A stretch of 64,000 bases of DNA, taken from the NCBI GenBank assembly GCA_052426225.1, contig JBNJNM010000021.1, positions 1,984,001 to 2,048,000 of the forward strand, given 5' to 3'. Shown here in pieces: positions 12,121-24,789 of the stretch. A program made the translations under genes and the position numbers. Source of the DNA: Zancudomyces culisetae HAW-14-8 (Eukaryota > Fungi > Kickxellomycota). The notes beneath the pieces were generated by a model that saw only the letters and a list, made by a program, of their open reading frames with translations, was not told the DNA's origin and did no database searches. Positions within the stretch are counted from its first letter, which is position 1, and the number at the start of each line of letters is the position of its first letter.

Positions 12121-15100
12121 TTATGAACAAATTACTGCCAAGAGTGAAATTGAAAGGATGGACAGCAAAGAACTTGAGACACACATTGCACACATTGGGT
12201 GGGGTCGGGTCCAATTAAATCTAGTAAAACAAGAAAAATTGAAAAAAATAAACAGAAAAGTCCTTAAACAAAACCACATAGTCACATGATCAGGACACCA
12301 ACTCAGCCAAATTTCAGATCTGAATCTCGAAACGACGAGAAGACAATAAGCACGAGTGTAAAGGTATCCATACCTAAACACGCTAGAGCTACCAATTTTG
12401 ACCCAGCTAACTGGGGGGAGCATCAAGACGCTGGTGGCAATTCCATAACGAATTATAAAAAAAGTGGTCAGGAGGGGAATAAAACTCACGATCACACTCA
12501 GCAAAAACTCTGGTACGCTGACTTGATACACTGAGACTAGCGATGACAATGTGTCGTGATAATAAATAATGTTCAGAAGTCGGTACATCGATCGTATCTT
12601 TTACTCTGTAGAATCTTTTATACATTATTGAATAGTTTTAGTATGTAAACATTTATCTAGGTATATGTGTATTAACAATACTTTCTATAGTTAGATTAGG
12701 CTTTATTAGGATAAAAAGTCAATGGATGAACATAGGATATATCAAAAATAAAAGTTATAAAGATAATAGTTTGGAAATAATTTTCAGTAGACTAATTATA
12801 AATAAATAATACAATTATATTTATGCGTAAGAATTAACATTGGAAGGTTCTTGCAACAGATGAGAGTGGTATTGGGAGCATTTAGCTACCAAATCTTGAT
12901 TCAACATGAAGAATTGACTCACAAATGAACACTTGGTAACTTTCAAACATATTTCTAGAGTACATCGAAAGAAGTAATACTGGCTCTAGCTACAAGAAAA
13001 TAAACCTAGTATCAGTTAAATATTTCTACTTAGTAATACCAATGAGATGGGCTCAAGTCAATGAAGCAGACAATATTGTGTCAAGTAGGAACCAGTCCCT
13101 AATCCTTGCTAATAACAGAGAGAAATCATCTAAACAAGCAATGAAGGTACGAAAATGATGTAAAAGATATAATCTGGAGATTAGTTACGTCAGAATAAAC
13201 CAACCGACAATGGCATTGAAGATTAATAGAGAGATAGAATTATAACTGTAGAAATGAATACAGATTCAGGTCTAGAAAACATATGTTAAACGGTGGATAA
13301 AAACCGAGTATAAAGATCTATAACGTAAGCGGTATAAACTGATTTAAGGCAAACTATATTATAAATAATTCATGCTATTATCGCCAGGCATATTGAAGGT
13401 AAATATTTTCACATTTTATTATATTCGTTCCACATATTATCATATCTAAATAGATTTAATTACTAGTACTAAAAACATTAAAAAAGGTTAAATAGATCTT
13501 TTTACTATATTTGTAATAAATTTTTACTGATATTATTGAAAATATAGTAATAGATTGTGTAGAAATATACTACTGATACCCACCCATTCCACCCATATTC
13601 CTATTCAAAATTACTTTGAAGTAAATAGAAATTCGCGTAGAACAGTAGTGGGGCTCAGCATGGTAATCATTCAGAATTCAGTACTCTAAGCGATCATTTT
13701 AAAAAAATTTAGTTGATTTGATTGTTATTTCAAAAGTTTGAAAATAGCATTCACACATCTAGCGTATTAATCTACTCAGACGTTTGTAGTTTTATGTGAT
13801 ATTTATTTAAAATATTCTAAATCTCAAAAGCTAGTTCACTTGGCCAAACTATCTCATTAAGAAACTTGGAAGTGTAGAAATAGTTATGAGAATCTAGATC
13901 GTGAAATTAGTAATATGAACTGAAGAGGTTGTAAGTTCTTGTTTATAATATAAAGGAAGGTAAATTTAAATTTAGAAAAATGTTCAATTATAAGATTTAG
14001 CTATTAATACAATGATGTATACTTTTAATTAAAAGTTGTTGTATATGTACATATGATATTAATGCCATGACAGAGAAAGAGAAAATTCAATAACGATAAA
14101 TTTAAATAGTTCTTTTAATTTAAAAAGGTACTAATTAACTTTTAAATATGTTTAGTTGAATAGAATGTAACTTATTATTATTATCGAATATTCAGAGACA
14201 AGTATGTTCCACTCAATTCCCACTCAACTCCCACCCATGTCTAGCTCAAACTGTGGTAAAGATTTAACAGAAAGCAGGGAACATCAATTTATATTCGGTT
14301 TAAATTCAGTTATAAGAATTATATTGTAATTTCTGTCATAAATACATCATTCAGTATAAAGTTTCTGAATTTAAACGCTTTATATTTATATAACTACTAC
14401 CAAATTTAATTCCAATAGGTTCGATAACAATCTTTGTCTAGGAAAAAATTTTCGATTTATGTATAGATTGGTAAAAAATAATTGCATCTGGATAAGTGAA
14501 TCATAATGTACCTAAGATTAATATATAAATGTTTAATTGCTGATTAAAAACCTGGTGCTACTAACTAGTATCAGATAAAATTTGCTGAAGTTTTAAATAA
14601 ATTTTAAAACTGATAGATAGATGTAGTCAAATTTTTTGAATGAATAGTATAGAATGTTCATTGTGGAATGAAGAGAACAAAAAGTGAATATTTAAGAATT
14701 ATATGCTATAGATAACTGGGGCCTTCTAATACTGAAATTGATACAATATACACAATATTCTTAAACAGCTTTCAAATAAACTATAAGTGAATTTGCTTGA
14801 AATATACAGAAAAAAATTCAACTGATGTTTTTAATACTAGATCGGGTCTTATAAATTAAGGTTTACTTGATCTTAGATATGTCAGATTGTGGAATAGTCC
14901 AAAATAGCTAGAAATATAACCGAAAATTAAAAAGCAATATTAGGATGCTTTTTCATTTTCATTTTAGTTAGTTTGAACTTTATACTTTGTTTTTTTATAG
15001 CTCGAGTATTCTGAACTTTATGTGAAGTATTCTACAATATTTGTAGAGATACAAACAAAGAATATTGACAAAACAACTATCACGAAATATAGCTTAGCTA

Positions 15101-15364
15101 CTTTTGGAGATATTGGAGTTTTTTGAATGGAAAAATATCCTTAAAATATTCAATTATCGGAAGTTCGGCAGTTTTAGAATATATACATAGTAAATAATTT
15201 CAACAGATGGTGGTGAAAAAACTCATCACAAAACTAAAATAATATTAATAATCCAATACATTTTCTCTATTCTAGTATCTATCAGTCCAGCTTGAATTAT
15301 TTTCGTACAGTATCTTATCATCTAAGCTTGAAAACAAGAGTAAATAAATTCTATTCAAAACATA

Positions 15365-18300
15365 ATGAAAAAAAACAGTAGCAGTGCTTTCAAAAAACTT
15401 CCAGCAAGTATACCTTCAACCATATTTGTACTTGCTCAGAACTCTCAACTATCGCTCGTGAGCAGAAATATGTATTATGCCTCGCAACAAGTAAATACCA
15501 TTAGCAATTATATACTTAGATATGTTCTATCCAATACAAAAGATAGTTAAAGTCTGATTTAATAAGAATATTTGAGAGCTATACCAGAATAAACATGAAT
15601 GAAACCGTTGGAATACTGGTATTTAGAAACATCAAGAACCTAGACTACGAAATGGCTCTAGATATGGTAGTCAAGTATAAGGGAGAAACGTACTGAACAA
15701 ACCGTTTAAAATGTATGTAATGATCAACAGAAACACTTCAGCAGTTGTATACATGGGTACTTTATTTATCAATGAGGGTGAGTATCTAGATGTTGATATT
15801 GAAAAATTGCTTTCAGAAGATAACGAATCACGGAGCGAACTCACAGGCATCAAAATATTCAAATTCCTTTATTTAAGGCCGCTAATGACTATAAGGTGGA
15901 TTTATTCATCACAGGAGCTGTACAAATAAAGTTTCGATATGGCCACAGAGTTTGAAAACAAGAATTTTGAAGCGTTAATAGATGGCTGCAATAGCAAAAT
16001 TGTGATTCCTAAATAATTTATTGATAGCAGGACGATTGTATACTATTTTTGTGTTGTGTAAGTGAATGCTGTCGCTTGAAAAACTTTGAATTGCTCAAAC
16101 GGATTTTAGAGTCAAAGATCAAAAAAAAATTATTTTGAGGAATTGGATTCACATAAAAAAAAATGTGGTGTGTTAACTTCAAGGATTCCAACCGATTTTA
16201 TTGAAAGATATGGGTATAAAACTAGAATAAAACTATTGGCGTATTTGGCATGCTCATACTACTCAATTTATTTTGATAAGAACGAATTGATAAAATTCCT
16301 TGAAGATAACTATCCTGATATCACAAGTCGTCAAATATTGTATGATGCAGCAGTACATTACAATAGGATGATGATGGTGATGAAATACTTTTTTCAGGGC
16401 GAATTAAACTACAAAAATATAATTAAAACGGCATGCGTGTATGGTAATGTCGATCTCCTAACATTTTTTTTAAAAAAAAGTAATAAACTGGAGGAGGCAC
16501 TTGATGAAAATGCATTGAAAGCTGCAATAAAGAACAAGGATCACGAAATTCTACAAGATAATATCAGCAAATATCCAAACATTGTGAGTATTTCCTGTCT
16601 AGTGGAGGCAGTGCAAAGTGGAGATATCAGAAATATCAAACTACTCATCGAAGCTGGAGCGGATTTAAAATTATCTGAGTTTAAGGAAACAATTATTGCA
16701 ATCGGAAATAGAGATATGGGTACGCTACAGATGTTATTGAAAATTGGTGCTTCGGTTGGGACAGCGGATAGACATTTTATTGCAAATCTGCGCAGCATAT
16801 ATAATTATAAAATAGCGGAACAATTTTTAAAGTTCCCAGCTATAGATGAAGATGAATACATAGATAAATGTAAGGTTAAATTAAAAAAATTAAAAGCGAG
16901 AGTCAAAGTTGGGACAGGGCTGAAATTTAGTAGAACTATGTTATGCCTTATTGAAGCAAACAAATTTTTTAATCGACGTTTCTTTGGCTACACTGTTGGA
17001 AATGAAGGTTTTTTGGAGCATAGTGATTTATTCGAAAAATTAGCGGCGATTATTAACTCAAAAATATAGATATCGCAAATGCATGTGCATTGTATTTTGT
17101 AAAACCTTCAAATGGCTCTAGTATCGATAAAATCACAAAATACTCGTGTAATAAATTGATCAAAATCATCGAATACATTGTTGAAAATGAATTGCAAAGC
17201 ACATCCAATGACACTGGATATGATGAAACTAGTACAAACGAATACAAAAACGATGTAATAGTTTTGAATGATAGGCATTATGAGCTGATAAAATTGGAAT
17301 TATGCGGTTCTAAAAATGCTGATTGAGCATGAAATGAATATCAATTGAGCCGACGGTTTGATCTTAAAACTGCATATAAGCAGGTGATATTGGCTGGATA
17401 TATTACTTTATAAGTATAGATGAAAATTAAAAAATGAATCTGATGGATTTAAAGAGGCGATAAAATCAAATAAAGTTAAAGTTTTGAAACACTGAATGAA
17501 GAATAGTGGTGTTGTACCCAAGAATCTTGAATATCCTTGTATCAACATGACGTGTTTACTGGGGGACTTTGGTATGGTTAAATTTTTATGTAGAATATGG
17601 TGTTGATTTCAGTGAACCTGAATGAATTGGAATCAGGGTTTTGTGCAGATTGGGTCATAAGAGGACATTAGAATATCTTTTGATTAACAATACTGTGATC
17701 GAATATGTTTGTCATGACTAATTAGAACGGGCATACTTAATTGGAGATATTGAGCTTGTAAAAATTATTCTTCAATATTATAGTAGTTTTGAAATATTGA
17801 AAAAAGGGTATAGCTCAGGTTCGAGAGGAAGAGAGGAGTCACAAAATCGTCTATTTTGGAGCCATAAAACCACTGCCTATCCAGAAAAATACAAACTTGT
17901 CAAAACTCTGCTTGATAGCGGCAAGCCCATCGAGAATGGCAATCTGTTGGATGGGAAAAAGGCAGAAGTTGCAGTAGTCAATACTGAAATATTAAAATTA
18001 CTGCTAACTTATAGGATTGATCTCGATTATAATTATAAAACTCTTAGTTATGCCGTACAATTGGTAAACATTGATGTGGTTGAGGTGTATTTGAAAAATG
18101 GACTAAGTGTTAAAATTAATAATTGTCTCCTAGAAACAGTACTCAAAACAAAAAATACTGAAATAGTTTGGCTTTTTCTACGGCATGGTACAAAAGTGAA
18201 AAGAGAATCGTACGAGATTACAAAATATTTTGATCCAGATGATATTGAAACGCTGGAATTGATTTTGAATTGCTGTCCTGGGATTGGCAGTGATTCATAC

Positions 18301-18725
18301 TTACTTCAATGTGCTATAGAAAAGACAAGGTAGCAGTTAAGTTGCTTTTGAAGGATACTACACATATAAAAAACAGTACTAGAAACTACGTTTTCCAGGC
18401 TTACAAGAGTAACTACATGGGGATTTTAAAACTGTTATTTGAAAAGGGAGAAAAAATAGAAAAAGAATATAGAAGTGGAGTGATCCAGGCTTGCTAAAAC
18501 AATAATTTAGAAATGTTGAAACTACTGCTGGAAAGAAACCCAAACTTGGTAGTAAAAAGGAATTATGTATTGAAGGAGGCTATCGAACATAAAAATGTCG
18601 AAATTATAAAACTGTTGATTAAACATGATATTGACACAAGTAGGCATATTGAATTGATCATAAAAGTTGCGAACAATCTAATAGACAAAAATCTAATTGT
18701 GCTTTTTCAAAATGTAGCAATCTAA
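15365..18725 (+). pseudogene. Large F-box-like N-terminus plus ankyrin-repeat gene, fragmented by many stops and frameshifts
   Basis: Colinear ORF pieces 15365-15550, 15711-15929, 16143-17069, 17090-17326, 17797-18333, 18309-18497 and 18513-18725 with ankyrin motifs (ACVYGNVDLLTFFL, AVQSGDIRNIKLLIEAGAD, AIEHKNVEIIKLLIKHDID); N-terminus similar to the 42908 gene. Confidence 0.85.
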
Positions 18726-19923
18726 AGTAAACATTCTGGAAATTTGTGAATGTGAGCAAATTCTAGTAGAAAATAAATTCTGACACACCTATGGTTTTTT
18801 AGAATAGTGAAATAAGTCAATATACTGTTAGAAACAATTATCTAATAATATAATCAATAAGTCACTCGTTATTATTGATTTTATTCGGGTTATAAAGTAG
18901 CAACCCTGATTCAACTCTGCTATGAGTTGGTGGTTCGTCTATCTTTTAGCCACCTTGGGCTATTACTTGTTTGTTTTTGACTATTTTATTACTAATTGTT
19001 TTTCTGTTAGATAATATTAAAAAACAATATATCAACCTTAATAATTACAAAAAAAAATAGGACTAAACAATTGAACTAATAGTCACTGATGAACAAGGGA
19101 TTTTGTGTATTCTAATCATTATCTTTAGCATATTGATTTACAACGTAGAAAATCATCACAAAATAAATGGATACCATGATTGGATGCATCAAAGTCAGCT
19201 ATTTTACTAAACCTCTCAAGTGTTTTGAATAAGGACAATATGTAAAAATTAAAAAGTTGACACTGGAGCTGTTTTATTAGATATATTCCTCAATTAGTTA
19301 GAGCATTTTCAAAAGGAAATAGTGTTGTATTACACTACTAATCAGAAAATGCGAAAATCAGGGAAAAAAGTTTTTGATTGTAGATATTAATGGCTAAACG
19401 ATCACTCAGCCTAGAACTTAGTTCCCAGTTCAATTCCATTTTTCAAATATCTAAATCTCTTGACAATGATCAACAATTCAACAAATATCTAAATGTCTTG
19501 ATAACAAGGCCAATAAAAATTGTGGGAATTATACCAATATCCCAATTGTAAATAAGAACAAAATTAATTGAAAAAAAAGTAAACCCACTCATAGGCTCAA
19601 CTGAACATCTTATATAACTTGCGACCTTTTCAATTAATTTCACAGTTACTCACACTTTCACCTAGACCCTAGTTCTTTATATAAACTTACTAATTAATGA
19701 CCAAAATAGCTCTATATTATTAAACTTGAATACTATTCGTGGAATTTTTTGATTGTTTTATGCATTAATTTTACAGTTAAGTGATTTCAATAAAAAATTT
19801 TGCTCATTTTTGTAAAAGAAAAAAAAGGCCAGGAATAAATAAAGCATAGGTATTTGAGGAATATTTATAATACTAAAAACCCAACCAGCTTTTAAGCTGA
19901 GGCTATAAGCGGAAACTTCAGGG

Positions 19924-19930
19924 TATAAAA
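19924..19930 (+). promoter_or_regulatory. Putative TATA box of the P450 gene
   Basis: TATAAAA about 75 bp upstream of the ATG at 20006. Confidence 0.4.
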
Positions 19931-20005
19931 TAGATATATCAACCCTGTTGGTATTTATTGCACAATCAGCAATGATTGTTGGAAAAATAAAACACGCAAG
20001 CTAAA

Positions 20006-21682
20006 ATGATATTTCTACTAATTTATATACTCAACACGGTCAATTGGGTAATTGGGACCATAGATTTTGTGGGAATAGTGAGAGAGAGCATATTGGACAA
20101 CGTTTACGTTCATATTTCGATAAATCTAATCGTAATCATTGCAGTGCTATATGGCTTAGATCCAGTCTTCTTCTTTGGCGATATTTGGATATGGAGGCTT
20201 GTGTTCGCTCTGCTACGAGCTAAATTTGTGATATCTGTGCTTTATACTGGTGTAATTGAGAACTTTAAAACGATTCTAAAAGAGCTTGCGATTCCATATG
20301 GAATTAAAAAAGTGTATAGTCCTTTTTGTGATACTTCAAAGCTTAGCATGGATTCAAAAAAAGCGAGAAAACATCTTTTGGGAGAAAAGATGAACAATAG
20401 TATAGTCACTTTATCCGAAAATTCGAGGTTTCTGTTAATAGGTGGTAAATTTTCAAACGAGTTCACCATGATTCCTGATGAAACATTCAATATCAACCAA
20501 GCGAGACCCATGATATATCACAAGTTAATAGCTATGACAAGGGGAGGGCATGCAAGAGAAACATTGCTAGCGAGATACTTGACATACTTTACGTCGTATG
20601 TTGACCTGCCAGAATCGATTTCTGCAATACAGCCGAGCTTAGAGGAAGTAATAATTAGGGGAGTGCAGGATTCGGGAAAAAGATATAAGGATAACCAGAT
20701 TGAAATAACGAGTCTAGAAAAGTTGACGTGTGTAATAATGGAGTACGCGGTCATATTTAGATATTTGGGACCATATGCGATTAAGGATAAAGAGCTAGTA
20801 GACTGTTTCTTAAAATCGATGGATCGTACTTCTCCTGATCCACATAACGCAAAATTTTATACCATATTGTTCAAAAATGGCGATATAGGTCAAAACTACA
20901 TATACGAATACATTGAGCTGGAATCAAAGCGTAGGAAATATTTGCCCGAATTTGGCAAACCCATGGATATAATTCAGTTCTTGGTGGATAATAGCAATTA
21001 TGTAGAGGAGGATGTAGTGAAAATGGGATTCCAACTTCAACGTGTTATAGAATCGGGGATAATGATAATGGCGAATAGGTTATATAGTCTGATAGTAGAG
21101 CTGAGTTTACGACCCGACGTGTGCAAGGAGTTACTCAACGAACAACTTTCACTAATTGAGATGAATAATGGATCCACACATATTCCGTTTGAGATGCTGG
21201 ATAACATGGTATTGCTTGATGCGTTTATCAAAGAGTGTTTCAGAATGTCAGGCGCAAAGGTATTTATGCTTCGTATTTCAACTCAAGATGTGGTAATGTC
21301 GAATGGTGTAACTATCCCCAAAGGTGGATATATCGGCTTTAACATCCAAGCACACAACAGAAACCCAAAACTATTTGGACCCAACGCAAATAGCTTCGAC
21401 TACAAGCGGCATATTCGTCTTGGAATGAAGCTTTCTGATGCCTCATTGGCCAATTTGATTTGGGGTGCCGGAGGCCGTATTTGCCTTGCTAGATTGTATT
21501 CGGTGGCCATAATCAAGTTGGTGATGGCCATCCTTATACGAAACTTTGAATTTTACCCAAACTACCGTCCTCAGGGGGATTGTAACTCTGAAGATTTTGA
21601 TACCTCGCATTATACGATCTTTTCTGATCGCAATAAAACATCAGGTCTCTATGCTGTCCAGCGGTCGTGGAAACACTCATAA
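20006..21682 (+). CDS. Cytochrome P450 (divergent), intronless
   Basis: N-terminal membrane anchor, K-helix ExxR (KECFR), heme motif WGAGGRICLAR, meander FDYKRH. Confidence 0.92.
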   Translation: MIFLLIYILNTVNWVIGTIDFVGIVRESILDNVYVHISINLIVIIAVLYGLDPVFFFGDIWIWRLVFALLRAKFVISVLYTGVIENFKTILKELAIPYGIKKVYSPFCDTSKLSMDSKKARKHLLGEKMNNSIVTLSENSRFLLIGGKFSNEFTMIPDETFNINQARPMIYHKLIAMTRGGHARETLLARYLTYFTSYVDLPESISAIQPSLEEVIIRGVQDSGKRYKDNQIEITSLEKLTCVIMEYAVIFRYLGPYAIKDKELVDCFLKSMDRTSPDPHNAKFYTILFKNGDIGQNYIYEYIELESKRRKYLPEFGKPMDIIQFLVDNSNYVEEDVVKMGFQLQRVIESGIMIMANRLYSLIVELSLRPDVCKELLNEQLSLIEMNNGSTHIPFEMLDNMVLLDAFIKECFRMSGAKVFMLRISTQDVVMSNGVTIPKGGYIGFNIQAHNRNPKLFGPNANSFDYKRHIRLGMKLSDASLANLIWGAGGRICLARLYSVAIIKLVMAILIRNFEFYPNYRPQGDCNSEDFDTSHYTIFSDRNKTSGLYAVQRSWKHS

Positions 21683-22282
21683 TGTACATGGGGGTCACTT
21701 GATAGTTATAATTTGTAAAGTTATTCATAATATAGCGTTTAATGATTTTTGACTGGTTTTTTGTTTGTGTATTATAAAAACTCCTCCTTTGCTAGATAAA
21801 AAAGAAAATCGTAGATGAAATTGTACTTTACTGGAGTTTGACTAGACTTTGATAAAACGAACAAAAGTGAGGGTGAAAATTTGGGGGGAAGTGCGTATAG
21901 AAATACCACCAGGGTTCTGATTATGTGGTTGAGTATATCTAAATTATTTTTGTTTATTGTAACTTTAATGAAATGGCGATATTGATAACAAACAAAATCC
22001 CTGTACCAGTTATCAAGATTTTAAGGTTTATACATTCGAGTCCAGTATTACTATAATAATTTAGAAGAGGTAAAAAGAATCAATTTTCAATCATGAAATA
22101 ATGATTAATAGGTGCAAGGAGGGGAGGAGGGCGAACGAGAAGATTATAATGAAAATTGATTGAATTTATTACAAATTGTTAAACGATACAATAGAGAAAA
22201 TATAATGATAGTATAGAGAAAAACATGATATAATAAATTGATAAAACAACACAAGTAGGAGGGGGAGAAGGAGAGAGGGCTA

Positions 22283-23689
22283 CTATTTTCCAGATTTGGA
22301 GGATCGTCCAGACCGGCCATATGATTTGACAAGAGTAGATCGATATTTTGAATAAGCATCATCATTAGACTGTGAAGAAGTCGAAATGGAAGGTCTGTGG
22401 CGTTCGTTACGATTGTTTGAATTGGAAGTTCTGGATGATGATGAAGTAGATACAGAAGCAGATACAGAAGCAGAAGCGGAAGCAGAAGCACCTGAAGAGG
22501 GCAAAATCGGATCAACAATGCCCTGGAATGTGGAGCCGAGTGACTGGCCTTTGGACCAACCAAACTTTTCAAGCAATTTGTAGCCTACGTTAGATGATGC
22601 AATGTGAGTATTCACATTTGCACCAGTAGCTGATGTGGAAGCAGAAGCAGAAGTGGAGGAAGGGTTTTCTAGTAAAGAATAATTAAAAGGAATGGCAGCA
22701 GATTTTTTGGGCTTGGATGAAGATTGTGATGATTTTGACTTTGACTTTGACTTTGACTTTGATTTTGATCTATATTTTTGACTAGAATGTGATCTATGTG
22801 GAGATACAGAGCGAGAGGAAGAATAATAGGAGGAGGGAGGTGAAGAGGAGGAGGGGGAGGAGGAGTAAGATGGAATAATTTGATATAAAGTTTCAAGGTC
22901 CCAACCCTCTTTGTCGTATATGAGTTTTATATCTGATTTTGGATCATCAGAGTCTTCTGGCTTTCGAAAAATAAGGTTAACGTCAGAGTAAAACTGGTCA
23001 AGAGCAGCAGTAAGTTCAACAGAGAGTGGTTGAGATTCAATCGATTTGATAGTCGATACATCTTCAATGACTTTGGGATCAATAGGAGTATAGCGAGAGT
23101 TGGATGAATTTATGGATGGAATCATTAGAGCGGCAGGTAAATCGTGGTATTTTTTAGTAGGAATAGGAGGAGGGGGCTGTAGTGAAGGTGGTGGTGGTGG
23201 TGGTTGAAGAAGTGGAGGATCTATAGGTTGAGAAGGAAGATAATGATGAAGAATGTGAGGAGGAAGAGGAGGAGGGGGGAACTGTAAGTGTGGGGGTGGT
23301 GGTGGTGGTGGGTGAAGGGGTAGAGATGAAGGAGGCGGAGGAGGGAAAGGAAATGGAGGAGGGGGAGGAGGAATTGTCTGATGGTGGAGAAACGGTTGTT
23401 GTTGTTGTTGTAGGTTTGGGTTTATAACGGTTGATTTAAACCTAGCTGGAGGTAAATCTATCAGATTTGGAGTCAATAGATTGGTACTTAACCGAGCCAC
23501 AGTCTCTGGAGCAAAGTTGTCTAGTAATAAGCCAACATCGATATTAAATGACTGGAGGGCAAGTAGTAGTGGCAACATACTTTCTGCAATTCGTGAATTG
23601 GGGTTTGGAGAAAACAGATGGATTCTATAAAGTTATGTCATGTTTAGTTGATGTTATTTCGTAAAATAAAGTGTTGAAGAGTCAAAATA

Positions 23690-23720
<31 letters not shown>

Positions 23721-24697
23721 AATAAAAGTAGTTTATTAGATGGGTTACATGTGACAGGTTACAGAAACCACAAACTCTGAAATTAAGGTGGTATTTGTTA
23801 CAGAAGTGTTGGTGCTGTTAGCACTAGATTCGGTGTTCTTCCATGATAATACACAGGCAATGAAATACAATAAACAAACATACTCGTCTTCTTGAAATAG
23901 AGTGGATTGGATTAAAGAGAGGATATTCTAGAGTTACAAATACATTATTTTGTTTAGTGAGAAGTATTAGTATATGCTAAGAATTATCTTGATATTAAAA
24001 ATTCAACGCAAGCAAATGTGAGAGAAAATAAAACAAGAGAAGAGAAAAAAATATAAAATGAGGTTACCTGTACTATTTCGGAATCACTAGCAGTATCAAG
24101 CTTTGGATTCAAGTTAATCACAAAAGTTAGAATTGAATTAATATTTAATTGTTGTTGTTGTTGTTGTTGGTTCGGTGGATAAATGGTGTGGTAAGAAGAA
24201 TAGAAATTGACTAGTTTGTCGAGACAATGCTTTGGGTTAATATTGATAAAATCGGAATAATAGTACAGTTGAGAATTAAAGTTTTGAAGTTTGAATAGGT
24301 AGAGTTTATGATATTTGTTGTTTGGATAGAGAAACCGGAATTTGGGGTTGTCCTTTTGATGATGCATAACCTTTTTGGTGAAATCATTTATTTTTTTTGT
24401 TAGTTAAAAAAGTAAAATAAAAGAATAGAAATGAATAGAAAGCTGTTAGTGTTAGTGTTTGTGTTGAAGTGAATGTGTAACAAGATTAAAGTAAAAAAAG
24501 AGAAATAAACAAAAACAAAAACAAAAACAACATTGATGAAGAGAGGAACAAAAAGGAAAAGGAAAAGGAAAAAGTAGAAATTTTACCATTGAAATCAAGT
24601 CGGGATTAGTATGGTGTTGAAGAACCATTTTATCGATAACAACCAAATCTTCGGTCTCTGGGTAGTCTTCATTTTTCAAGTCTGATATACTCAACAT
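22283..24697 (-). CDS. CHERP-like splicing factor (SURP, CID-like, Pro-rich, RS, G-patch); exons 24697-24587, 24370-24068, 23927-23749, 23624-22283
   Basis: SURP (VIDKMV..NPKFRFL), YHDLPAALMIP..YTPIDP motif typical of CHERP, G-patch SNVGYKLLEKFGWSKGQSLG; GT-AG exons sum to 645 codons. Confidence 0.82.
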
Positions 24698-24789
24698 TTT
24701 ATTTGATTAAAGTAAAGAGGAGAAAAGTAATTTAAAAAAAGAACAATAATAAATAAATAAAAAGGAAAGGAAAAGGAAAAAGGGAGAAA

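Noticed and set aside
12121-12625. Overlapping 70-155 aa ORFs on both strands
   Set aside because: No motif, signal peptide or clear start; probably decayed sequence
13575-14290. Two CCACCCAT/CCACTCAA-rich patches at about 13580 and 14210
   Set aside because: Similarity too short and degenerate to call a repeat or a telomere-like array
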